Below are positions 1 through 12,346 of a stretch of 64,000 nt of DNA, one piece after another. The translations under genes were made by a program, and so were the position numbers. Positions within the stretch are counted from its first letter, which is position 1. Every line of letters starts with the position of its first letter. Location of the stretch: assembly GCA_012026655.1 (NCBI GenBank), contig JAAILG010001475.1:1-64000 (forward strand), in the 5' to 3' direction. This stretch comes from Hydrolagus affinis (lineage: Eukaryota). The notes under the pieces are model-generated. The model ran no database searches, was not told where the DNA came from, and saw only the letters and a program-made list of their open reading frames with translations.

Positions 1-1449
1 GATGGGGGTGATAGGGTCCCGGAGCCTGATGTGGGAGAGGACACGAGAGTTTTGAATGATCTACAGCTTATCATCGGGTAGGAGAAAGGCCCTTGACTTT
101 AATAATTGGTCATTTGCAATACAAGCACAACCTGCATCCCTCCATTAAACCAATACTTTCAATGACAATCTTCACGGAAAAGATCTGAGGAAAAACATCT
201 TGCTGCTCACATGAGCTGACGATTAAGCCATAGGTATTTTGTTTCATTTGTGAAAAGTGACTCATGTAATTCAGCGCGAGTAAAGGTTTGTATTATACAG
301 CAAGCACGAGTCATCATATCAATGACAAGAGTGTTAAAAACCTCTTCCATTTCGTTTGATGTCAGAAAAACTACTTTTTGTACCCAAATTATCCATTTGC
401 GTTAAAAAAAACCTCAAGATTTTCTGTGCACTTGGAAAATAAAAATCACAGTTTGAGTTTGTTGTGAACCTACATTTAATAAAAGGCAATTGAAACAAGT
501 CTTCGTTTAAAAAAAACTATTCATCAATTCAAAACGATACAGATTCCAAATAAAAATCATATTCTGTAAAAACGAATATTCTAACAAACATACAAATGTA
601 TTAAATCCTTTCCAGTTATCATAGAATTCTACAGCTTGTAAATTTTACATTTGGGCAATTTCTCTTCAGGTGCTAAAAGAAATAATTGTCAAAGTGAAAA
701 GCACCAGTTTGAAAAGAGAACAGCCCCAAGTAACCTCTTCAATGGCAATGCAATACAATGTCACCAGTGACACCAGTGAGGACAGCTCTCCACGCATGTT
801 AAAGCAAATGTACGGATCTCGGTTTTGTCTGTTGCGGGCTGACGTCACTCGACTGCAAGTCCTGGTGTTAAGCAATATACCCGCATCACGACACAGGTTT
901 TACATTCAACAGTTAACTCTTCACACATGTGGGCGTTTCACTTATTGTTCATGTTGAGGATGCTGTTAAATTATTAATCTGCACCATGTTTCTGTGATCA
1001 TAACCAACCTCAACTGAATCTCAACACTGCGCCCGCGGCGGATTCCAGAAGCCGTTTTACACCAAGTCATCAGAACAGCGCATTATAATCTGAGGCATCA
1101 ATAATGGAGGCATGTTCACAACATTCTGTTGTGCATGTTCCCCTAATATAGAATATAATATAGATATTAAACACAAGTGAGCTTCATTCATAAGAAAATG
1201 CCAAAACCACTATTCCAAGCCTTAAATTGTGTAACAGGGCCTTACATTTTCTCAATTATAAAGATAGGAACCCCTCCACGGTTGAACCTAAATACAAAGA
1301 TAGTCGATTGTTTATCAATGGACTTATTTTAAAATAGAAAGTGCAGTAATTGCTTTTTTTTTTTAGAAGGAATGCACTTCACCAAAAGAGAGCTGTGATG
1401 TGAAAATCTTATTTTGCTGGGTGATATTTTCAAGGAATTCATTCAGATC

Positions 1450-1505
1450 ACAATAACAAATGACACGTGTATAGCGCCTTTCACGTCAGGAGGACATTCC
1501 AAGGT
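1450..1505 (-). mobile_element. L2-type LINE 3' tail fragment
   Basis: tatagcgcctttcacgtcaggaggacattccaagg, shared with many other copies in the window. Confidence 0.65.
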
Positions 1506-1545
1506 GAGATCTCACGTTTTATACTCAATTATTGTACACCACACT

Positions 1546-1920
1546 GTGAGCCTGGCTCAGAAGTTTCTGAGTGCATAGTTTTGAGTGGATAGTTTGGATT
1601 AACATTCCAATGTGATCCTAAAAGAGTGCTGGACTGTTGATGGTGGAGTTCTTCGGATAAGACACTAAACTGAGATCCCGACTGCCTGATCATATGGATG
1701 TTAAAGATCCTACGAGAAGGGAGAAGGGAGTTCTTCCCAATGTTCTGTCCAACAGTCCGATAAATATATAATTGGTCATTCACTTCAATGATTGATTGTG
1801 GGCCATTGCTGTGGGCAAATTGACTTCCATTTCACCTACAAATATTCACATAGAGTCAGCACACTTTACAGTGAGACGCTTCGACTTGATGATCTACACC
1901 AAATGCAGAATGATTATTAT
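1546..1920 (+). mobile_element. Old Deu-domain SINE (SacSINE1/AmnSINE1-like)
   Basis: cctggctcag head, then gataagacactaaactgag...tggatgttaaagatcc...gggagttcttccc...tgtgggccattgctgtgggcaaattg, ending in an (ATT)n tail; matches the recalled Deu central domain and copies at 22248 and 45831. Confidence 0.7.
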
Positions 1921-2910
1921 CGGTGTAACATGCTTAGTTAGGATCAGTTCTAAGCAACCCTCAAATGAATGTGTCTGCAGTATTGTGTCTATTCTGCTAG
2001 GTATTACGAAAACAAATCTTGAGATTTATATAGTAGCTGCTCAATAGCTGCAAACAAATTGAAAACAATATTAACATTATAATTCGATTGGAGATAGGGC
2101 CAGCCCTCAATGTTAAGAAATGGAGAGGCCTTGGGTTCATATCCTTGATCCACACACAGCTAAGTCTCCTAATTTCAGTTTATCACTGTGGGGAATAGAA
2201 AATTGATATTAAGTACCTCCCCGTAATCATCCTTGGCACACACTCAAACACTTTGCAGTGCCTGGCTCTGAGTGCCATAATCAGAGGCCCTTTACACTAT
2301 GGTTGGTTTATTATCCAGGCTAAGTGAGGAAAAAAAAACAGGTAGAATTTTTAAAAAAATCAACTCCATAATTTTTATAAAAAGAGTAAGTTTTTCCTGG
2401 CTGCATCGGAATAAATAGGATCACTTTAGAGCTTTGTCATATTATTTGTGTTTTGGATTAATACAAAATAATCCACCTCTTAGCATACAAAATAAAATTA
2501 TGATGTGCTTTTTTTTTCTATTCACAGGGTTATTGCTCTATTTAACATTGTAGATTTTCTTCCCATTTCCAGCATAACCAAGTTCTAAAGTATTTTTTTC
2601 AGATTTGTTGATGTATAAACTGTTTGAGTGATGTATAAACACAGTAAAATGATAAACAATTTATCTGAACCAATTCATTTTTTTGAAGTAACGGTTATTA
2701 AAAACTTCTGGAAATTTGAACAATATACTGTGCAATTCTTTTATCATTTGCTATTGAGGAGATTTCTTAAAAAGACCTAAAGAACGATTTTATCTGTTGA
2801 GTGTATTGAGATGGAAATGTACTGTATCTGGGTAACAATTCAGTAGCGCCCAATGTCTACGGCGCTCAACAAATATAATTTGTTGATATGTAAGTTCTCC
2901 AACAACTTTA

Positions 2911-3204
2911 TAATAATAATAATCCTTGCATTTGATATATACTTTTCATGTCTTCTAGACGTCTCAAAGCTCTTCATAGAATATACTGTAAAGTGAATTT
3001 GTGGGCGAAAAGCAGCAGCCAATTGCGCACAGCAGTGTCCCACAAACAGTCGTGGATTGAAATGACAAATTAATGATTGTTTTTCTTTTGAGGGATTACT
3101 ATTAGGAGCGTGGAGTAAGGAAACTTGTCCAAGGTTTCGCCCTGGCTGAAATTGAACTCAGGTCTCCCACTTTTAAGGCGAGTGCTCTATCCACTGAGCT
3201 ACAG
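2911..3204 (-). mobile_element. Young tRNA-derived SINE, near full length
   Basis: Pol III A/B-box head, ccttggacaagtttccttactcc, tgtgggacactgctgtgcgcaattggctgc block, stem-loop tail and (ATT)n; highly similar to at least 8 other copies. Confidence 0.92.
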
Positions 3205-3431
3205 ATGATTTATATGATTGCTATGCAATTTTGCAAAATATATTTGGCATTGTACAGCACACAATTAACACATTCAAATCTCAGTTCACAGCACTGATGT
3301 GCAAAGCATAGTATGAATCCTGTCTGTTGGATATATTGCACCAAACCACCAAAGTGATTAGATACCAATCACGCCAGTTCCATAAGCCTGTAATATCTCT
3401 TGTGGATGCGAGCTTGCAGTCTAGTCTGAAC

Positions 3432-3700
3432 TCCAGGGCAGTATTCGGTGAGAGCTTCACTGTTGGAGGCACCGTGTTTTGGCTGAGACTTTAAGCCATC
3501 TGCCATGGCTCCATTTCAAATGGACATTGAGATCCCATAACACGATTCGAAAGAGCAGGTAGCTTCTTCTGGTGTCCTGGCCAGAAATGTACCAGATTAT
3601 TTGGTCACGCAACTCATGGCTGTTGGCACGAACAACTGCTTGTATTCGCTTAAACACAGTCATTAACCTGGAGTCATTTAATTGTGAAACGCCAAGGCTT
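3432..3700 (+). mobile_element. Old, diverged Deu-domain SINE
   Basis: gcagtattcggtgagagcttcactgttggaggcaccgtgttttggctgagactttaa...gatcccataacacgattcgaaagagcagg...ggtgtcctggcca follows the order of the Deu consensus. Confidence 0.6.
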
Positions 3701-3762
3701 TACTTACAAAGACCCAATTAATGATTTTATACTTTCAGCCTTATTGATATGGAAATGATTAG

Positions 3763-4084
3763 ATAATAATAATAATAAATAATAATCCTTAATTTGATAT
3801 AGCGCTTTTCGCATCTTCTAGACATCTCAAAGCATTTCACAGAATATACTGTAAAGTGAATTGACTTTATTTGTGGGAGAAACATGGCAACTAATTGCGC
3901 ATAGCAGTGTCCAACAAACAGTCATGGATTGAAATGAGAAATGAATTATTGTGGGGTGTTTTTTTCGAAGGATTATTAGGCGTGTGGAGTAAGGAAACTT
4001 ACCCTGACCTGACTGGATTCGAAACACAGGTCTCACACTTGTAAGGCGAGTGCTCTAACCACTACAGGACCGCTATAGGACTCC
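3763..4084 (-). mobile_element. Young tRNA-derived SINE, full length
   Basis: Same family as 2911-3204; small rearrangement/duplication at its 5' end. Confidence 0.92.
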
Positions 4085-5116
4085 ATTATATCCTGGTTAT
4101 TGGGATGAATTCCTATAAGTTGTATAGCCTCTTTCTGCCTGGCAACCTGACAAAAAAAATGAATGGCCTGCGACTGTGGCGTACATTTCTGTCAATTTGA
4201 CTCTGAAGTTTCAACGTGTTACCTTCAAGGGCCAGGTGTCTGGATGGCATATCAGAGATCTTCACCCAAGGACATTGAATGAATTGAATGATTCCACATT
4301 AAGTCCAAAAAATACGTGAACAAACAGCCTTGATTGGAAAATGACCTTCCTTTACGCATTTCCCCTATTTAAGGCTCTCTATATTCAGTTGCCTACAAAT
4401 AAGCTGGACCTGAAAAGATCATTTCACCGATTATGAAGAAAATACTACATTCAGTGCAGCTTTCAACTTACACCGCAGCTTTCACATAAAAATAAATGTC
4501 TCAAATTGTTTTACAAAATAGAATTGATTTGAATGAAATGAATGTTATTAATAAAGACCGCTTAACCTGTGCTTGGAATCTCCATAAAGAGCAAAGAGAA
4601 GAGCGGTTAGTTCATTTGAATTTTAGGAGGGCGGTACATTTTGATTAGGAATATTTTGTGCATAACCTATATAACCAATACAAGTAAACAAAACCACTTC
4701 ACTATCTCCCCTTAATTTGACATGAACTTACATGATTGGACAATTTACACAGCCTCTGCTCAATTTTTTTTTAAAAAGAGCAAAAATGAAATAAAACAAA
4801 ACAAAAATTCACTCTTTTCCATTACCGCTTTGCTGCAATACAATCCATACTTTCTCTTGTGTGCAATGGGTCTCTGTCTATTTTATTTCATCTTTACATC
4901 AAAAAGATATCATTTATAACAAAAAAAATAATTCCCTTGGAATGCAGAGATAAATGGAAGTGTGAGTGCCTTGCACATAAGAAAAGTAAGGCTGGTCCTC
5001 TGGGAAATCGAATCCTTTCACATTGCTAGGTATTCAAAGCTTGTTCAAAAGTGTTCATTTAGAATACAGATATCAAAAGATGATGCAAATGTTCAAGAGA
5101 TAATCATGAAACTTAC

Positions 5117-5153
5117 CAGATGTTCTAATCTCGCTTTGATGTTCCCAGGATCC
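5117..5153 (-). CDS. RSRC1: RSRC1 37-nt coding exon (equivalent to human exon 5)
   Basis: tttttcctttcacag|G GAT CCT GGG AAC ATC AAA GCG AGA TTA GAA CAT CTG|gtaagt; phase 2-0. Encodes (G)DPGNIKARLEHL versus human GESGNIKAGLEHL; strong polypyrimidine tract and consensus donor. Confidence 0.92.
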
Positions 5154-5502
5154 CTGTGAAAGGAAAAACACAAGACCTAAATAATAGTCCAGTACTCTGG
5201 AATGTCCTAGCATCCGACTTACACTGAAATTAATCATAGAATTCTGTGAGCACATGAGAAATGGAGTTTTGCAAGGATAAGCTGTTTATAGTTATAGAAA
5301 TTAAACAACATTTTTGTTGAGTTCCACGGCTGTTCATCAATATTTTGAGATTTAAAAGCAAAAATATCAACAATTCAGGTGTGCATCTGCGTATAATTTT
5401 AGGTGTAAATAATCTAGAAATTTTCAACTCAGTATCTGCACAGATTAAACCCATCATCAAAATGGATGCAATAAATGGAAACTAACAATAAGCTTTTAAT
5501 AC

Positions 5503-5598
5503 AAGAAACAGAAGTCGCTGGGGACACTGAGCAGGTCAGGCAGCATCTATGGAGATATGAAAGTGAGTTAACGTTTCAGGTGGATGACCTTTCGTCAG
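5503..5598 (-). mobile_element. Penelope-like element terminal fragment with minimal hammerhead core
   Basis: Plus strand ctgagcaggtcaggcagcatctatggag...agttaacgtttcaggtggatgacctttcgtcag; homologous to 60863-61020; resembles the common chondrichthyan Penelope-type repeat end. Confidence 0.65.
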
Positions 5599-5937
5599 TT
5601 TATAATGTTGGAAGCAAAAACCTGTATTGTGTTTTGCAATAAACAAAGCCAGTTTTATGTTTCCCATTCCTATTCACAGTAGCTGAGATCTGGGAGCTGA
5701 GAACAGTTCTGCAGTTTGATAGTTCTGTAATGTGTTAATCTTTTAATATTATTTTTAATGTCAATCATTTAATGTTATTAAAAGATTGTGTGACAGATTC
5801 TTTTGCAACATTAAGAAACAATTTCTATGCTACGAGAAAAAAAACTGGACACAAGTGAGATTTGCCTTCATATGATTTAATCTGCGATTTTCACACCAAA
5901 AAGTACAGCGCATAAAACTGGTGTTGAAGTTGCCCAT

Positions 5938-6030
5938 CAACAACAACAACAACAACAAATTGCACTTATAGAGCACCTTTCACGTCGGGAGGACATCCCA
6001 AGGCGCTGCACAGGAGGCGTGTGAGGTAAG
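5938..6030 (-). mobile_element. L2-type 3' tail with (CAA)n/(TTG)n
   Basis: (caa)7 followed by attgcacttatagagcacctttcacgtcgggaggacatcccaaggcgctg. Confidence 0.75.
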
Positions 6031-6399
6031 GTATTACATTTAAGTAATAAGTAAGGTATTACATTTACTTGAGTGTATTGGAATTCCAACTAAGTAAAGT
6101 GAAGTTTGCACTACAATTTACTTTCATACACAAGCATCCTCCACATGTAACATTCACTGACATCATCACATTGGCTTGTGGGGCAGCAAAGAAGTTCACT
6201 CAGTTTGCAATAACATGAAGGCAGGGCATCAGATATAGGAATAAGAGAGAGAAAATTGGCAATGGGAAAAGTTACAATAAAAAAAAAGCCCTTGGGGCCC
6301 TTGTACGGTTGGGCAACATGAATACGGGCAACACAGTTATAACAGCCTTCGATATAGTGGACCTGTGCTGATCAAAAACGGTCTAACAGGCTCGCAGTG

Positions 6400-6900
6400 C
6401 TGTGAGGCTGGTGCTGACTTGACTGCCTGTGTGTGGGTGCGATGAGGAGAAACTGCTCACAGCACCCAATGTGAGAGATGTGATGTCAGCGATGGTCTAA
6501 CATGGGGCGCCTTGAATTATATTGAGGCGCCTTCTTATTCACACGGCTGTTGAGACGTTGAACTCAGCCCACAAGGTTTCCCTGAATTTGTTAACAAGAA
6601 CTCAAGGTTGTGATTTACGCTTGAAAGCTTGCTGCTGATTTACGGAGCGCCGCTTTCAAACCGTGATTAGATTTGATAAAGTTTGCAATTCCAGGGGATT
6701 TCTGCACTGGAAAAGCACAAAGTAAATAGAGCTCAAAGAGCAGCTTTGTTGCTCTCTCTAGAATATTGCCTTTTAAAACAAATGTTACTTCATGCTGTGA
6801 TAGCTGCTGCCATCGCAATTTCTCTTGGGCATGGTGTATGAACTGCCTGATCGTTCGATAGGTTTATCCTTTTCTTTCTAATCAACAATGTTGACAACAG
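6400..6900. promoter_or_regulatory. Candidate conserved non-coding element/enhancer
   Basis: Repeat-free, CpG-retaining block with two TGATTTAC PBX-HOX-type sites (6611-6618, 6636-6643). Conservation not verified. Confidence 0.45.
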
Positions 6901-6996
6901 ATCATCACCACCCAAGTTGAATTGGCAAAGATGTCTTGTTTCTTTATGCAAACATGCAACTCAGTCATTATTGCCATTGCGTGGATAATAATAATA

Positions 6997-7261
6997 CCAA
7001 TTGACTACCGACTGTGTCAATCCTAATATCTGTCTTAAACTGCCCTTGACAACTTTAAATCTGTGACCTCTTGTCCTGTTGCCTTGGTATATCTGAACAT
7101 ATTGGTCTGTGTTTAGTTTCTCTATTCAGTTAAGCACCTTATATACCTCTGTAAGTTCTCCTTAGAGACATTCCTTTTTGAGGCTTAAGAGTCCTAGCTT
7201 ATCTTTTGCTCCTCATAGCTCATCCCTTTAATACCAGGGATCAGTCTAGTTGCTCTCCTCT
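6997..7261 (-). mobile_element. Decayed CR1 LINE ORF2 C-terminal fragment
   Basis: Minus translation RRATRLIPGIKGMSYEEQ/KLGLLSLKKECL*GELTEVYKVLN*IEK...NRTRGHRFKV, typical CR1 post-RT motifs, with stops and a frameshift. Confidence 0.85.
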
Positions 7262-8629
7262 ATCAATGGAGGAACAGAATACAGTGTGATTAAAAGAGTT
7301 TATTTTACTGATCTCGAGGCAGCCCCAAAAGTGAGCTGCTCTGTTCACCATCATTTTCTTCTTGATTACAATTTAGTCAAATGCATAAATTAATTTGAAA
7401 ATGACCACCATAAAGACAGAAAATGGCCCCCAGGTGTCTATTAATTTTTTTCAATTAAAAAAAGTTCATTTGTCCGATTGTGCTTGATAAATCGGTGCAC
7501 AAAAGTAACATTCAAACCATTTTTCTGTTACCTTTGACAAAATAAATCTTCAATTTAACATAGCAGACCGTAAAAGCACTAGGAAACTTTCTTTTATAAA
7601 ATCTTCCACATCAATAAATAGAAATTTCTCTCTTCTCTCACCAGGCTTCCAGCTTCTCTGATTGAGACCGTTAATTAAATCGGAACGGAATTATGGTGAG
7701 TTTTGGGCAATGGAACAATGCCTACTAAAAACCATTTAAAGTCATACCAGAGTATGACGGTCTAAACCGATTCCCCTCAAGATACAACAGCAGCAGAAAC
7801 CTGAGGAAGATGGGTTTAAACTCATGCTTTAGAGGTGAAAGGACAGGTTACCAATCCTTCAGAGTTCTCCATCAAATATTAGCCTGATGAAAACTAAAAC
7901 TCATTCGTGCAAACCTGTGCTAACTTTTCTACCCTGAATAGTCTGAGCGTGTTAAAAGATTTCTGACGGTGTACAGTATTTGCACAGTAAATAGGCATTT
8001 TAATAGGGCAACAAACATTACTGGCTTAGACTCTAATTCGTAAAACATTATCTACAGATGAATCAAAGATGTCAATGAAATGCAAATACACCACAGCTTT
8101 CATATATATATATTATATACTATATAAAAGATTCTAGATAATTTCAAAGGTATAACTGTCATGTTAAACTTTTTCGAAAGATTCCACAAGTGAAAGAGAA
8201 CAAACCATTTGTTCTGACATCAGAACATAATTCTCTTCTCTTCAAAGCCTAAATAGTGGAACAATTTCTAGATGCCATTCAGCACAGGTAAGCTTCACCA
8301 AAGCATTTTTCCCCCACAAAGATGTCTTTTAGATGTTAAGAACTGTTTCACATTTTGCATCTCAAATTGCACTACAGCCAGCCTGCCACTGTGCTCCCAA
8401 CCAACAACAAAATATATTCCTCAGAATAGAATTAAAAAAACAGAAATGCACCACCAATGCCAAGTGCGTAACTTAAAAGGATGAGTGAATACACGTTGAC
8501 AAGTAATATGGAAGATTACAGGAAAAAAGCAGGGCCAAAGGATGAGAATAGATAAACTATTGAGTCTGCATTGAGCACCAATACAGACAGGATAGTTATT
8601 CCTATTAAAGCTTTTCTTCAGAATGGAAT

Positions 8630-8713
8630 ATCAGCCATGATTGAATGGCGGGGCAGGCTTGATGGGCCGAATGGCCTACTCCTGCTCCTACTTCTTAAGT
8701 TCTTATGTTCTTA
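8630..8713 (+). mobile_element. CR1-type 3' UTR/tail fragment
   Basis: atcagccatgattgaatggcggggcaggcttgatgggccgaatggcctactcctgctcct plus (ttctta)-type terminal repeats; shares gatgggccgaatggcct with 16367-16484. Confidence 0.8.
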
Positions 8714-8816
8714 AGTCTTGGGGAGAAGGATCTGTAAATTGGTTGTCAGTCAACCTGTTTTGGAATGGCATGAATACATCAAATACATCAGCATATTTAT
8801 GTACTTAAATATATTT

Positions 8817-8878
8817 AAGCGTTCTGAGACACCTTGTGACGTGGAGGGCACTTTACAAATCCAAGTTGTTGTTGTTGT
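8817..8878 (+). mobile_element. L2-type tail, family B
   Basis: gcgttctgagacaccttgtgacgtggagggcact...aagttgttgttgttg; related to copies at 27596 and 56079. Confidence 0.65.
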
Positions 8879-9861
8879 ATTACCTATGTACATATTGTTG
8901 GTTTATGGTGAATTCCATGGACATGAGGGATCTCTCAAAACAAAGGAATCTAGAAATCCATGGCATTACTTCTAATTTCCCACTTTATTGAGAGAATTCA
9001 ATCCACAGATTTTGAAATATTTTATTGTGCCAACTTGCAAACTCAATTCCATTACAAAGCTAGACTTTAAGCTGCCGTGTCATGTTAGTTCATGCTGGAA
9101 TCAATATTTTGAAGCATGACATTTACTTTTTCTTTTTGTACCCAATATCTTAAATACTGAACATAATTCCCGTTCAATAGAAACTCATTCACTTGTTCTC
9201 ACAAACAAAAACAGTCTCAGTCTCTGCAAAGGGTTTAACCCTTCAATTCAGCAGGATTAGATCTATATGTTACGGTATAAAATAAACCATGATTATGGAA
9301 TTTGAGACACATTTTCCTGAAAATAAAATTTTGTTTCATAAAAAAAAATTTATTTGTGTTTAGTTTCGGTCACCTTTGAAAATGATTACCTTTGCGATTT
9401 GCATACTTAATCCATTCTGGGCGAAACAAGAAACGGATCTACAATTCATTGTTTCAAAGACAAATTAGTGCAGTTGACTTCAGATTTATTACTGCAGTGA
9501 CAATACAGTGTAATCTGCCTAATGAACTGCAATTAACAGAGAACATTTTACATCACATTGAAGACAGTTCACAAGAAGCATCCAGTTAATGGCATATGAA
9601 GACTGCCCTATCAGTGGTCTGTCTGCAGTGCTGCCTGCCCCTGTCATGACTCCATCAATATTTATACAACTTCTTCCCCTGTGCTGAAAGCAGACCTAAT
9701 TCAATTATGGGTCTCAAAACTGATAAAATGGTCCTGAAGTGGAAAATGGGAAGAGATTATTGGCAAATGAATAAAGATTTGTATCGAACAAGTATACAGG
9801 AGTACAACAGTCCTTTTTTTTATCATCTTCTGTCTTTGGTCTGCAGGGAACCTCGAGTTTC

Positions 9862-10025
9862 NNNNNNNNNNNNNNNNNNNNNNNNNNNNNNNNNNNNNNN
9901 NNNNNNNNNNNNNNNNNNNNNNNNNNNNNNNNNNNNNNNNNNNNNNNNNNNNNNNNNNNNNNNNNNNNNNNNNNNNNNNNNNNNNNNNNNNNNNNNNNNN
10001 NNNNNNNNNNNNNNNNNNNNNNNNN
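9862..10025. other. Assembly gap (164 N)
   Basis: Run of N; ORFs that span it are artefacts. Confidence 1.
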
Positions 10026-12346
10026 AATTTGTAGTTGAAGCAGCCCAGATAGTAATATTGGTGTAACACGAAGCTCTAAAGCAGGAAATGTACTGGTTTA
10101 ACATTCATAAGTCAGAGATTATGAAACTTATGGAGACACGACTGAGCCTGCCCTAAATAAACCTCACGGCACCTGTCAATTTCAATCACAGCAAGGTCTA
10201 CATTGAAATAAAACATCATCCACAACTGCCTTTCATCAGCTACGTGAGCAACCAGGTCCTCCAGAAACATGAATAGATATTATTTAGCATCAAATCAGAA
10301 TCCTAAATAGGCAGAGTTCTATAAGCTTATCTGCATCAGATATCAGCCTCTTAGCACACAAGGGTAAAAGACTCTGATTTGCGCACAGAAGACAAATTTT
10401 CTCTTTTTAATTAACGTCACCATCATAGGATGTCTGAAACGACTGAGTAAAGCCATCTGCTTCCTGGGTTTTATTTTACAGTCTGGAAAGATGAAAGCGC
10501 ATTAGGCTGATCGGCCTTCTAACAATAAGCAATGAAAAAAACAAGGCCCCAAAAAAGCACTGCTTACACAAGGAGAAAAAATACTCAAACAAGGAAGCCT
10601 TACTTATTCCTCACTTAATTAGGCAAAAGCGGACAAACAAGTCAGAGTGTTAAAAAGAGCTAAATTTAATGCATTGCTTTTGCTGCAGTCAATATTGGCA
10701 AATTGGAAATGTCTAGCATATCATTCATGTCAAGGGAACTGTGAGGCTCCAAACCAAGTCTCTTAGTCCCATGCCGACATCATTATCGACTAATTCTGAA
10801 GGCTACTGTTATCTTCGTAGTCTTACTAAATTTCTCGGTGATAGTGTCCTTTAATCTGCAGCCTGAATTCCACACAGCACACAATTAATTAACGACAGAA
10901 TACTAGTTGAATTGTCATTCATGGTCAAGTTTCAAATAATTGTTATTAGTTTTTTTTAAAAAAGCTATTATTATCCTGTCTTTCCACAGCTGAGGCAAAC
11001 GCCTATAGTCAGTCAAGCTAAGCACCGCAAATTTAAAATGCAAAGCCATTCATTTGATTTCCACCAACAGGGTCGCCCATTAGCACACTGCTCATCAGCG
11101 ATGCATTATGGTATGAAAGCTTCAATCCCTGACATCTAATTTAAAAAAGAAATCTTTGTAAAAATGTGATGTTGGTGCATGGGAGAGCCTGCCAGTGATG
11201 ACAGAAAATCACAGGCAACTTCAAGCTTCATCAACCGTGTAATAGAGCATTTAACACATTGTAAAGTACTTAACAAACGGAGACAAAATATATTTAGTGT
11301 GAAAAAAATGTTCCTTCTTTCATCAAGACATTTAATTGTCTTCTAACTGAACAAATCAATAATATCTAGCAAGCGTTTTTTGCCTGTAAAAATACTGACT
11401 AACATAAAGCAAAGGCTAATTTCCTGTTTCCCTGTGGAAGCAGATGAATGTAAAGCGCTTTTTTTTATTTTCTCTGCACCGGGGAGGCTGTACAGCCGAC
11501 TCCATTCCCACATCTGTCAATATCATTCTCCCACCGATGACCAAAAGTGCATAAGCACCAAGCTGAGATCAAGAATTCACTAGTTGGAACAGAAGTGATG
11601 GGAAAGAGAGAAGCAAATCAAAGGCCAATTTGTCCTACAGCTTCTCCCCATGCTGTACAAAAATAGCCCCTCACAATTCATTTCATTGCATACTGTGTTG
11701 TCAAACCACACAAAATAGGACAGTGCAAGGTTTGAACAGCCTCCAGACTATCCCCCAAGGGTTATTGTATCTTGTGACTTCTCCTCAAAACACTAATGTG
11801 GACATGATCATATTCAACCACAAGCATTCCAACAATCAAATCTGCCTTTACTGACCGGCTTACGCATGAAGACTGCGCCGCCACTTGCTAAAACCAGAGC
11901 GAGATGCTATTTTCTTGGGGCGAGGTGGGGGGGAGGGTTAATGAGAGAAAACTGAAGCAAAAAATAAAGATTAATGTACAGTACAACTGGAATCGCCAAA
12001 GAAATGAAGAGCAACCTGATGCTGATCTCTTTTGGACCTTCAACACACTGCATCAATAAGTGACAGGACACAGGATTAGCTTTTGATATGCTCCCCAAAC
12101 ATGACACGTCTACAGTTATTCACAATGGATGACAGTCACCTGATCCTGGGAGAACACTGATCATTTTTAATGAACGGACAGCAGGAAGACAAACTGCTCG
12201 AACACACAATAAACTTTGGTTAGCCAAGTTACAGTAAAATTGGGAGTTGATGTTTTAATGTTTTCAATAATGTTGCTTTTTAACAAAAACATGAATTAAA
12301 AATCAAGAGATTTGCTTTTAGACACATAGTATCTAAAAGCCACATA

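Noticed and set aside
6027-6067. 16-bp direct repeat gtaaggtattacattt (similar small duplications near 2609-2640 and 56271-56310)
   Set aside because: Simple slippage-type duplications; two units only, so not a CRISPR-like or functional array.
9701-10104. Three ORFs spanning the N run
   Set aside because: Artefacts of the assembly gap.
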